This document shows positions 26,301 to 37,828 of a stretch of 64,000 nucleotides of DNA, piece after piece (positions within the stretch are counted from its first letter, which is position 1; every line of letters starts with the position of its first letter). The notes below the pieces were generated by a model. That model did not search any database and was not told the origin of the DNA. It saw nothing but the letters and a program-made list of their open reading frames with translations. The stretch is taken from NCBI RefSeq assembly GCF_032444005.1, contig NC_091289.1, forward strand, positions 182,404,001 to 182,468,000, written 5' to 3'. Source of the stretch: Ranitomeya imitator. Lineage: Eukaryota. A program made the translations under genes and the position numbers.

Positions 26301-26967
26301 ATTAGTAATTATTCTTTCCTTACTTGTGCTCACTCATTCCTGCAGACTATGTGCTTATACCCAGAAACCAATCTGAACAAGCAGAGCTGCAGTGTAAAGC
26401 ATTACAGATGGGACAGAGCAGGGGCCTGAGCCTGTCACAATCCAGAAGTGTGAATTTAGACCACCTCCAGTATTCAATGCAGGAAGCTGAGTCTAGAGGA
26501 GTATATCTAGCATAACTTCATCGGCCCATATAACCTGTCTCCATATGACCAGCGGAGCAAAACACGGCATAGATACTCGCTGGTAGGTGGATCAGTGCTG
26601 TAAAGGTACGACTCCTAGCAAGCAGGCTGTCAGGGCAGGTTGGGAGTTGCAGTTACTGCCCTAAAGGAAGCAGAGACGACCTCATTCACACAGCAGTTTT
26701 TCTAATGTACGAGAAAAACAGACCGATTTGAGATTGGTCTGAGTGTCACTATTTTTCTTGTACGTGGAGAAAAAAAAAAAGTTTTTCAACCTTCTCCTAT
26801 GTGACAGTCCGTTGAATCGGACTCCACTCTGATGTCATCCGAGTTGGGTTCGATTTTTTTTTTTTTTCACAGGCCAATAGATTTGCATTGCTTATTTTGA
26901 TCCAAAGCTTGGATCAAAACTAGACATGTCTACGCAATTGACCATGGACCGCGAAAAATGATGGGTG

Positions 26968-27441
26968 GGGGCAGCACGGTGGCTCAGTAGTTAGCACTGC
27001 AGCCTTGCAGCGCTGGGGTCCTGAGTTCTAACCCCACCAAGGACAACATCTGCAAAGAGTTTGTATGTTCTCCCCGTGTTTGCGTGGGTTTCCTCCGGGT
27101 TCTCCGGTTTCCTCCCACATTCCAAAGACATACTGATTGGGTATCTAGATTGTGAGCCCCATCGGGGACAGCGATGATAATGTGTGCCAGCTTTAAAACG
27201 CTGCGGAATATGTTAGCGCTACATAATAATCTTTATTTTTATATAGCGCTAACATATTCCGCAGCGCTTTACAGGTTGCACACATTATAATCGCTGTCCA
27301 CGGTGGGGCTCACAATCTAAATTCCCTATCAGTATGTCTTTGGAATGTGGGAGGAAACCGGAGAACCCGGAGGAAACCCACGCAAACACGGAGAGAACAT
27401 ACAAACTCTTTAAAATATATAAAAATAAAGATTATTATTAT
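26968..27441 (+). mobile_element. tRNA-derived SINE whose tail is split by a second, antisense SINE
   Basis: GCAGCACGGTGGCTCAGTAGTTAGC head and V-type core; tail GCGCTACAT...TATATAAAAATAAAGATTATTATT resumes at about 27416; flanked by ATGGG on both sides (possible TSD). Confidence 0.85.
27224..27411 (-). mobile_element. 5'-truncated SINE copy, antisense, inside the tail of the previous SINE
   Basis: Nearly identical to 2117-2305 on the same strand; lacks the tRNA head. Confidence 0.85.
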
Positions 27442-27679
27442 GGGCGTGTGAATGGCCCCATAGGTTATCACAGGTACAAGTGCGATCTGTTAAAACCAAC
27501 GTATACACTTGTACGAGAACATCGGATGTGTGAATGAGGCCTTACAAGTGCAGATGGTAAGTACAAACTGAATTTTTTTGCTGAAATTTTGAAGTAGAAA
27601 ATACATGATTTTGGAGAGGATTTGGTAGCATTACTGCTCCAAAAACTCAGCTAAAATACTGAGTGTGCGCACACCTTTA

Positions 27680-28061
27680 GGGTATGCGCACACGTTGCGG
27701 ATTCTCTGCAGATCCGCAGCGTTTTTTGAGGTGATTGATTTACAGTACAATGTAAATCAATGAGAAAAAAAAATGCTGTGCACACTTTGCGGAAAATCCG
27801 CTGCGGAAACGCTGCGGTTTAAAAGAAGTAGCATGTCATTTCTTTTTTGTGACTCTGCAGCGTTTCATACCCATTCCATTATAGGAAACCGCAGGGGTAA
27901 AAACCGCAGCAAATCCGCAAGAAAACCGCAGCAAAAATGCCCAAAAAACGCTGCGGAACCGCACAAAAAACGCTGCGGAACCGCAGGTGCATTTCCTGCC
28001 AGGAGAGGCAGAATCCGCACCAGAAATTCTAAAGCCTAATCCGCAACGTGTGCACATAGCC
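27680..28061. mobile_element. Harbinger/Tourist-like MITE
   Basis: 22-bp TIRs GGGTATGCGCACACGTTGCGGA / TCCGCAACGTGTGCACATAGCC (2 mismatches), 3-bp TTA TSD on both sides. Confidence 0.8.
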
Positions 28062-28925
28062 TTAAAGCTATGTGCAGATGGAGAATTTTGAGCGATGAGT
28101 TTTCAGGAAATCCTCCTTCTTTGAAGAGTTTTTGGAAGATTTAAGTTTCTTGAAACAATGTTAAAAAGTGTTTGTTTTTTTTTAATTTTAATCATTTTGG
28201 AAGTGTTTATTTTCCTGATCGTCTTTTGCCGCTTTTTGATTTGACGGTGCCTGGTTTGGAGCAGATTTCGCCAGGAGCTGCTTTAAAAAAAAAGGAAAAA
28301 AAAGTGACCAGCTCTTTCTTTTGTTTGCACCAGAAGGTTTTCAAAACCTGAACATCTGAACAGCAAAGTGGATTTATAATAGATATAAATGAAAAGAAAC
28401 TTTCAAGTGTTTTTTTTTTTTTTATTGGATTGGACCCGCTCCCAAAAACGGTGTGTGCACATATCCTAAGAGGACACTCGTGTTAGATTGAGACATGAGC
28501 CTCTTCCATAATTCTCCACGGACCAATTATATGTAAGTGGCGCAATCAATAATGCAATGTGTGAATGGGAATTTAGAAATCCCCCGGTAACTGGCCACTG
28601 ATACTAGAGAGACAAGTGTCTTTCATCATTTCTATGACTTTTTTTTTAGGAAAGTGGATACAATGAGACCTAAGCCAGACACTAAGTTAGGCCGGATTAA
28701 GATGTCCGGGTGTCATGGTCAGAGTATAGACCGCAGTGCACGGACTGGCCGACGGTCTCCTGATCCAAACAGGACGGCCATATATATATATTTGAGTCTG
28801 TCAAAGACAAATCAGATCAGGCCGGTCCATGCATCGTGGTCCATACTTGGATTCTGTATAAAGTGACTAGCACACTCCAGGGTGTTGTGATGCAAAAAAG
28901 TGGGGATTTATTACATACAGTAAAT

Positions 28926-28964
28926 CACAAACGTTTCGGTCGATACTGGACCTTCATCAGTGTG
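28926..28964 (-). ncRNA. Minimal type I hammerhead ribozyme motif (left arm)
   Basis: Exact reverse complement of 29431-29469. Confidence 0.7.
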
Positions 28965-29430
28965 CTAGGTATCATTGTATACTTCTATGGCCCCAAAAAC
29001 AATAGAATACTCGGATTTGCATCAATCAGACATGCTGGAAAAAAAGGGCAACAAGCCGGGAGGAAACAGAACCAGGCTGGTCAACTGACGGTGAGTCAGA
29101 ATAATAGGTGGCGCTGAGGCTTAAAAGAGCTGTCAGTACGCCGGGACACTAGGGATAAATGCGGTATCCACCGCTAATAGAGTGTGTCAAAGTGTGTCAG
29201 AGTGTGTCAACACTCTATTAGCGGTGGATACCGCATTTATCCCTAGTGTCCCGGCGTACTGACAGCTCTTTTAAGCCTCAGCGCCACCTATTATTCTGAC
29301 TCACCGTCAGTTGACCAGCCTGGTTCTGTTTCCTCCCGGCTTGTTGCCCTTTTTTTCCAGCATGTCTGATTGATGCAAATCCGAGTATTCTATTGTTTTT
29401 GGGGCCATACAAGTATACAATGATACCTAG

Positions 29431-29469
29431 CACACTGATGAAGGTCCAGTATCGACCGAAACGTTTGTG
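29431..29469 (+). ncRNA. Minimal type I hammerhead ribozyme motif (right arm)
   Basis: CACA-CTGATGA-A-GGTC(cagtatc)GACC-GAAA-C-GTT^TGTG: intact core, 4-bp stem I, 4-bp stem II, palindromic AAACGTTT stem III. Confidence 0.7.
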
Positions 29470-31894
29470 ATTTACTGTATGTAATAAATCCCCACTTTTT
29501 TGCATCACAACACCCTGGAGTGTGCTAGTCACTTTATATTGTATACGTTCAGGTTTGGGCACCTATGACTGTGCACCTCCCCTATTTAGGCTGTGCTTAG
29601 CATCTTCTATATCACATACTTGGATTCTGATCCAAATAGTGACACCTTAATAATAAATAATAACTTTTACCTCTATAGCGCCAACATATTCCGCAGAACT
29701 TTACAATTAAGACAAGCCCTAACCCAAATGCAAATCATGACATATTCTTCAGGACGCCATATTGTGGAGGTAAATAGCAATGTTTCTAGGGGTGCATCTG
29801 TGTAATGCGGCGACTTATGGTACTTCCAATACACTGCAGATTTTCCACTGAGCATCATGCAGAAAAAACGCACTTTTTTTTTTTTTTTTTTTTTCAAAAT
29901 CTGATCCAAAATCTGCCTCGTAAATTGATCTGTAATTCACGTGTCCATAGCGTTTAAATATGGATTGTGATTTCTACCCGAATCACTGGCGACTTCATTT
30001 TACAGTAGCAACATTGCAGATGAGAGTTTGCGTCATCTGATCTGCAGCACATCAATTTACGCTGCAGGTTTTCACTGCTGATTTCACCCTTTTGGGCTGC
30101 GTTCCCACAATGAGCTTTTAATGAGTTTTTGATGTCGCAGAGTTTCTTCATCCATTAAGTAAAATAAGTTTCTTGCATTTTTTAAAAAAAAATACACAGC
30201 TTCAAAAACTCATCGTGGGAACGTAGCCTTGTAATGCAAATTTGCAGCATTTCCAGGGGAAAAAAAAGTCACATAGTTTTGTATTGTTTTTTCCACCACC
30301 GATTTTTCTTGTGTCTTTTTGCTGTATAAATTGTGACACTAGCCTAGTCTTAAATCTGCTGTGAAAATCTACCGCATCAATTCACATGCTACGGATTTAA
30401 AATGGGCACCGCGGATCATTTTTCCACTGTGTATTTTCTTCCACAGCGTGCGGCAGGGATTTAATAAAATCTTATCCACTTTTGCTGCTACCGTAATAAG
30501 CTGTGGATTATCCATAACATATCAGTCCCATGAGGACATACCATAAGGGCTCGATTCATCAAGCACTTTGACAGAAAACAATAATTGTCTGCTGGAAGTT
30601 GCTACTTTTGCCATTTTTTACGCCAATCCCGGCCAGATCCACCATCTTTTATAAAGTGGTCAGAGCTTGAGCAGAACGGGACGTGATCAAGAGTGCGGAC
30701 AAATTCATCGTAAAGGTGGCGTAAATTATGTCAGAATTGAGTAAAACAAATAAATATACGCCTTTTTCGGGCTGGTGCAGATTTCTCACAGTGGTGCACG
30801 GCTCATGATGAATTTGGCGCATCTTACTCCAGAGCTCCCGCCCTTAAACCTAGCGCCAACACAGACCCTAAATCCTTTAGGTTCGAGCCTTGATCCTGCA
30901 TCTTCGCATTGCTACACGAGAACTGCCGCTCCCCAGCAATACATGGGTTAATAGACAATCCGCACGGTTTGATCATTAATGACAGATCGTCCTAGTTATC
31001 GCTCTAAAGGCTTCTTATTAATGCGTCTTCCTGGCCCCCGGAGAGAAACGATTTGTAGAAAGAGCATCAGTCGTCCTGTTGTCACACATCAGCGTTTCCT
31101 CCAGAGCACTCTCCTTGCTGCCTCTTTACCGCTAAGGAGCATCCAGGGACCTGCCATGGTGGTTAGTGATACATTGTAACCAGGACGCCTCTTTACTAGA
31201 AATGTATCACTTTAAACAAACATTCAATAGAAACATAAGAAAAAAAAAAACATTGTAACAATATTGTAAAGTATGTATTGATTCATAAAGCCTGTATTGG
31301 GGGCATTGCTCGCAGGCAACAGGTCTGACCAGCTGTACAGGCTTCCATTATATTCTAACCAATTTATGTCATGCTACCTGACATTTACGCCATATGTCAC
31401 AGGGAAACAAACCTGTCATAGAAACAAAGCCATTAATACAATCAATGTATGCGGCCGCCTGGGCTCGGCCGCGCTCCGAGAGATACTTTGTGTCCCGGAC
31501 TCCTCTGGCCTAGAAGAGTCTCACTTTACAGATCCTCCTGGCACCAGGTAAGCGCTATATAACTTAACCAATAAGGCCCCTTTCACACATCAGTTTTTTG
31601 CCATCAGGCTCAATCCGGCAAATTCCCCCCAAAAAAACAGATCCGGTAAAAGTTGCAGCCGGATCTGTTTTTTTTCTCATAGACTTGTATTAGCGATAGA
31701 TTGTGATGGAAGGTCTCATGTTTCATCCATTTTTAGCCGGATCCGTCGAAAATTGGTTTTCCGGCGGCCGGAAAAAAAACGGACATAGTTAACGTTTTTT
31801 TGTGTCTGTCAAAAAAACTGACGGCGACGGATCCGTCACCGTCCGTCGTTTGCTACAATGGTACCCTATGGCGCCGGCTCAAGTACATGTGGGG

Positions 31895-32060
31895 ATTCCC
31901 TTGCAACCAGGCAACCCCCACATGTACTTATGCTGGCTAACAGATGTAAATCATTCAGCTGCGGCGAAGAAAACTAAATCTCCGAGCACTAAAAAATACT
32001 CGGAGGACCCCCGAGCATGCACGGGAAATCTCGAGTAACGAGTATATTCGCTCATCACTA
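31895..32060. mobile_element. Right half of a palindromic MITE ending ...CGCTCATCACTA
   Basis: Homologous to 44975-45178 (shared CATGTGGGGATTCCC...CAACCCCCACATGTAC hairpin and terminus). Confidence 0.65.
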
Positions 32061-35000
32061 CTCATCACCTGTTATTAGGGGGGGCGCTCTCTGCACTCAT
32101 CACCTGTTATTAGGGGGTCTCTCTGCACTCATCACCTGTTATTAGGGGGTCTCTCTGCACTCATCACCTGTTATTAGGGGGGGCTCTCTGCACTCATCAC
32201 CTGTTATTAGGGGGTCTCTCTGCACTCATCACCTGTTATTAGGGGGGGCTCTCTGCACTCATCACCTGTTATTAGGGGGGGGCTCTCTGCACTCATCACC
32301 TGTTATTAGGGGGTCTCTCTGCACTCATCACCTGTTATTAGGGGGGCGCTCTCTGCACTCATCACCTGTTATTAGGGGGGCTCTCTGCACTCATCACCTG
32401 TTATTAGGGGGGACTCTCTGCACTCATCACTTCTTATTAGGGGGGCTCTCTGCACTCATCACCTGTTATTAGGGGGGGCTCTCTGCACTCATCACCTGTT
32501 ATTATGGGGGGCTCTCTGCACTCATCACCTGTTATTAGGGGGTCTCTCTGCACTCATCACCTGTTATTAGGGGGTCTCTCTGCACTCATCACCTGTTATT
32601 AGGGGGGGCTCTCTGCACTCATCACCTGTTATTAGGGGGTCTCTCTGCACTCATCACCTGTTATTAGGGGGGGCTCTCTGCACTCATCACCTGTTATTAG
32701 GGGGGCGCTCTCTGCACTCATCACCTGTTATTAGGGGGTCTCTCTGCACTCATCACCTGTTATTAGGGGGGCGCTCTCTGCACTCATCACCTGTTATTAG
32801 GGGGGCTCTCTGCACTCATCACCTGTTATTAGGGGGGACTCTCTGCACTCATCACTTCTTATTAGGGGGGCTCTCTGCACTCATCACCTGTTATTAGGGG
32901 GGCTCTTTGCACTCATCACCTGTTATTAGGGGGCTCTCTACACTCATCACCTGTTATTATGGGGGGCTCTCTGCACTCATCACCTGTTATTATGGGGGGC
33001 TCTCTGCACTCATCACCTGTTATTATGGGGGGCTCTCTGCACTCATCACCTGTTATTAGGGGGGGCTCTCTGCACTCATCACCTGTTATTAGGGGGGCTC
33101 TCTGCACTCATCACTTCTTATTAGGGGGGCTCTCTGCACTCATCACCTGTTATTAGGGGGGTTCTCTGCACTCATCACCTGTTATTAGGGGGGCTCTCTG
33201 CACTCATCTCCTGTTATTAGGGGGGTTCTCTGCACTCATCACCTGTTATTAGGGGGGCTCTCTGCACTCATCACCTGTTATTAGGGGGGCGCTCTGCACT
33301 CATCACCTGTTATTAGGGGGGTTCTCTGCACTCATCACCTGTTATTAGGGGGGCTCTCTGCACTCATCACCTGTTATTAGGGGGGTTCTCTGCACTCATC
33401 ACCTGTTATTAGGGGGGTTCTCTGCACTCATCACCTGTTATTAGGGGGGCTCTCTGCACTCATCACCTGTTATTAGGGGGGCTCTCTGCACTCATCACCT
33501 GTTATTAGGGGGGGCTCTCTGCACTCATCACCTGTTATTAGGGGGGTTCTCTGCACTCATCACCTGTTATTAGGGGGGCTCTCTGCACTCATCACCTGTT
33601 ATTAGGGGGGCTCTCTGCACTCATCACCTGTTATTAGGGGGGTTCTCTGCACTCATCACCTGTTATTAGGGGGGCTCTCTGCACTCATCACCTGTTATTA
33701 GGGGGGCGCTCTGCACTCATCTCCTGTTATTATGGGGGCGCTCTCCTGTTATTAGGGGGGCTCTCTGCACTCATCACCTGTTATTAGGGGGGCTCTCTGC
33801 ACTCATCACCTGTTATTAGGGGGCGCTCTCTGCACTCATCACCTGTTATTAGGGGGGGCGCTCTGCACTCATCTCCTGTTATTAGGGGGGGCTCTCTGCA
33901 CTCATCACCTGTTATTAGGGGGCGCTCTCTGCACTCATCACCTGTTATTAGGGGGGCTCTCTGCACTCATCACCTGTTATTAGGGGGCGCTCTCTGCACT
34001 CATCACCTGTTATTAGGGGGGCGCTCTGCACTCATCACCTGTTATTAGGGGGGCGCTCTCCTGTTATTAGGGGGGCTCTCTGCACTCATCACCTGTTATT
34101 AGGGGGCGCTCTCTGCACTCATCACCTGTTATTAGGGGGTGCTCTCTGCACTCATCACCTGTTATTAGGGGGGGTTCTCTGCACTCATCACCTGTTATTA
34201 GGGGGGCTCTCTGCACTCATCAGCTGTTATTAGGGGGGCTGTCTGCACTCATCACCTGTTATTAGGGGGGGCTCTCTGCACTCATCACCTGTTATTAGGG
34301 GGCGCTCTCTGCACTCATCACCTGTTATTAGGGGGGTGCTCTGCACTCATCTCCTGTTATTAGGGGGGCGCTCTCCTGTTATTAGGGGGGCTCTCTGCAC
34401 TCATCACCTGTTATTAGGGGGGCTCTCTGCACTCATCACCTGTTATTAGGGGGCACTCTCTGCACTCATCACCTGTTATTAGGGGGGGGCGCTCTGCACT
34501 CATCTCCTGTTATTAGGGGGGGCTCTCTGCACTCATCACCTGTTATTAGGGGGGCGCTCTGCACTCATCACCTGTTATTAGGGGGGCGCTCTCCTGTTAT
34601 TAGGGGGGCTCTCTGCACTCATCACCTGTTATTAGGGGGGCTCTCTGCACTCATCACCTGTTATTAGGGGGGCGCTCTGCACTCATCACCTGTTATTAGG
34701 GGGGCGCTCTCCTGTTATTAGGGGGGCTCTCTGCACTCATCACGTTATTAGGGGGGGCTCTCTGCACTCATCACCTGTTATTAGGGGGCGCTCTCTGCAC
34801 TCATCACCTGTTATTAGGGGGGGCTCTCTGCACTCATCACCTGTTATTAGGGGGGCTCTCTGCACTCATGACCTGTTATTAGGGGGGCTCTCTGCACTCA
34901 TCACCTGTTATTAGGGGGGGCTCTCTGCCCTCATCACCTGTTATTAGGGGGGCTCTCTGCCCTCATCACCTGTTATTAGGGGGGCTCTCTGCCCTCATCA

Positions 35001-37828
35001 CCTGTTATTAGGGGGGCTCTCTGCCCTCATCACCTGTTATTAGGGGGGCTCTCTGCACTCATCACCTGTTATTAGGGGGGCTCTCTGTACTCATCACCTG
35101 TTATTAGGGGGGCTCTCTGCACTCATCACCTGTTATTAGGGGGGCTCTCTGCCCTCATCACCTGTTATTAGGGGGGACTCTCTGCACTCATTACCTGTTA
35201 TTAGGGGGCTCTCTGCACTCATCACCTGTTATTAGGGGGCTCTTTGCACTCATCACCTGTTATTAGGGGGGCTCTCTGCACTCATCACCTGTTATTATGG
35301 GGGGCTCTCTGCACTCATCACCTGTTATTAGGGGGGTTCTCTGCACTCATCACCTGTTATTAGGGGGGCTCTCTGCCCTCATCACCTGTTATTAATGGGG
35401 CGCTCTCCTGTTATTAGGGGGGCGCTCTCCTGTTATTAGGGGGGCTCTCTGCACTCATCTCCTGTTATTAGGGGGGCGCTCTCCTGTTATTAGGGGGGTT
35501 CTCTGCCCTCATCACCTGTTATTAGGGGGGCTCTCTGCCCTCATCACCTGTTATTAGGGGGGCTCTCTGCACTCATCACCTGTTATTAGGGGGGCTCTCT
35601 GCACTCATCACCTGTTATTAGGGGGCGCTCTCTGCCCTCATCACCTGTTATTAGGGGGGCTCTCTGCCCTCATCACCTGTTATTAGGGGGGCTCTCTGCC
35701 CTCATCACCTGTTATTAGGGGGGCTCTCTGCACTCATCACCTGTTATTAGGGGGGCTCTCTGCACTCATCACCTGTTATTAGGGGGCGCTCTCTGCCCTC
35801 ATCACCTGTTATTAAGGGGGCGCTCTCCTGTTATTAGGGGGGCGCTCTCCTGTTATTAGGGGGGCTCTCTGCACTCATCTCCTGTTATTAGGGGGGCGCT
35901 CTCCTGTTATTAGGGGGGCTCTCTGCACTCATCACCTGTTATTAGGGGGGCTCTCTGCACTCATCACCTGTTATTAGGGGGGCTCTCTGCACTCATCGCC
36001 TGTTATTAGGGGGGCTCTCTGCACTCATCACCTGTTATTAGGGGGCGCTCTCTGCCCTCATCACCTGTTATTAAGGGGGCGCTCTCCTGTTATTAGGGGG
36101 GCGCTCTCCTGTTATTAGGGGGGCTCTCTGCACTCATCTCCTGTTATTAGGGGGGCACTCTCCTGTTATTAGGGGGGCTCTCTGCACTCATCACCTGTTA
36201 TTAGGGGGGCTCTCTGCACTCATCACCTGTTATTAGGGGGGCTCTCTGCACTCATCGCCTGTTATTAGGGGGGCTCTCTGCACTCATCACCTGTTATTAG
36301 GGGGTCTCTCTGCACTCATCACCTGTTATTAGGGGGGCTCTCTGCCCTCATCACCTGTTATTAGGGGGGCTCTCTGCCCTCATCACCTGTTATTAGGGGG
36401 GTTCTCTGCACTCATCACCTGTTATTAGGGGGGCGCTCTCCTGTTATTAGGGGGGTTCTCTGCCCTCATCACCTGTTATTAGGGGGCGCTCTCCTGTTAT
36501 TAGGGGGACTCTCTGCACTCATCACCTGTTATTAGGGGGGCTCTCTGCACTCATCACCTGTTATTAGGGGGGCTCTCTGCACTCATCACCTGTTATTAGG
36601 GGGGCTCTCTGCCCTCATCACCTGTTATTAGGGGGGCTCTCTGCCCTCATCACCTGTTATTAGGGGGGCTCTCTGCCCTCATCACCTGTTATTAGGGGGG
36701 TTCTCTGCACTCATCACCTGTTATTAGGGGGGCGCTCTCCTGTTATTAGGGGGGTTCTCTGCCCTCATCACCTGTTATTAGGGGGGCTCTCTGCCCTCAT
36801 CACCTGTTATTAGGGGGGCTCTCTGCCCTCATCACCTGTTATTAGGGGGGGCTCTCTGCCCTCATCACCTGTTATTAGGGGGGCTCTCTGCCCTCATCAC
36901 CTGTTATTAGGGGGGCTCTCTGCCCTCATCACCTGTTATTAGGGGGGGCTCTCTGCACTCATCACCTGTTATTAGGGGGGCTCTCTGCACTCATCTCCTG
37001 TTATTAGGGGGGCGCTCTCCTGTTATTAGAGGGGCTCTCTGCACTCATCTCCTGTTATTAGGGGGGCGCTCTCCTGTTATTAGGGGGGCTCTCTGCACTC
37101 ATCACCTGTTATTAGGGGGGCTCTCTGCACTCATCACCTGTTATTAGGGGGGCTCTCTGCACTCATCGCCTGTTATTAGGGGGGTTCTCTGCCCTCATCA
37201 CCTGTTATTAGGGGGGCTCTCTGCACTCATCACCTGTTATTAGGGGGGCTCTCTGCACTCATCACCTGTTATTAGGGGGGCTCTCTGCCCTCATCACCTG
37301 TTATTAGGGGGGGCTCTCTGCCCTCATCACCTGTTATTAGGGGGGCTCTCTGCCCTCATCACCTGTTATTAGGGGGGCTCTCTGCCCTCATCACCTGTTA
37401 TTAGGGGGGGCTCTCTGCACTCATCACCTGTTATTAGGGGGGCTCTCTGCACTCATCTCCTGTTATTAGGGGGGCGCTCTCCTGTTATTAGAGGGGCTCT
37501 CTGCACTCATCTCCTGTTATTAGGGGGGCGCTCTCCTGTTATTAGGGGGGCTCTCTGCACTCATCACCTGTTATTAGGGGGGCTCTCTGCACTCATCACC
37601 TGTTATTAGGGGGGCTCTCTGCACTCATCGCCTGTTATTAGGGGGGTTCTCTGCCCTCATCACCTGTTATTAGGGGGGCTCTCTGCACTCATCACCTGTT
37701 ATTAGGGGGGCTCTCTGCACTCATCACCTGTTATTAGGGGGGCTCTCTGCCCTCATCACCTGTTATTAGGGGGGCTCTCTGCACTCATCACCTGTTATTA
37801 GGGGGGGCTCTCTGCACTCATCACCTGT
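32061..37828. repeat. Minisatellite, about 32-bp unit CTCATCACCTGTTATTAGGGGGGCTCTCTGCA (5.8 kb)
   Basis: About 180 copies with variable G-run length and truncated variant units. Confidence 0.97.

Larger units (their letters stand above)
26678..27541. mobile_element. MITE hosting a nested SINE pair
   Basis: Termini GACCTCATTCACACA / TGTGTGAATGAGGCC|TTA. Confidence 0.6.
28857..29614 (+). mobile_element. Penelope-like retroelement insertion: inverted copy + forward copy + 76-bp tail
   Basis: Arms 28857-29185 and 29210-29538 are reverse complements with one mismatch; exact 15-bp TSD CATACTTGGATTCTG at 28842-28856 and 29615-29629; hammerhead motif in each arm. Confidence 0.75.
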
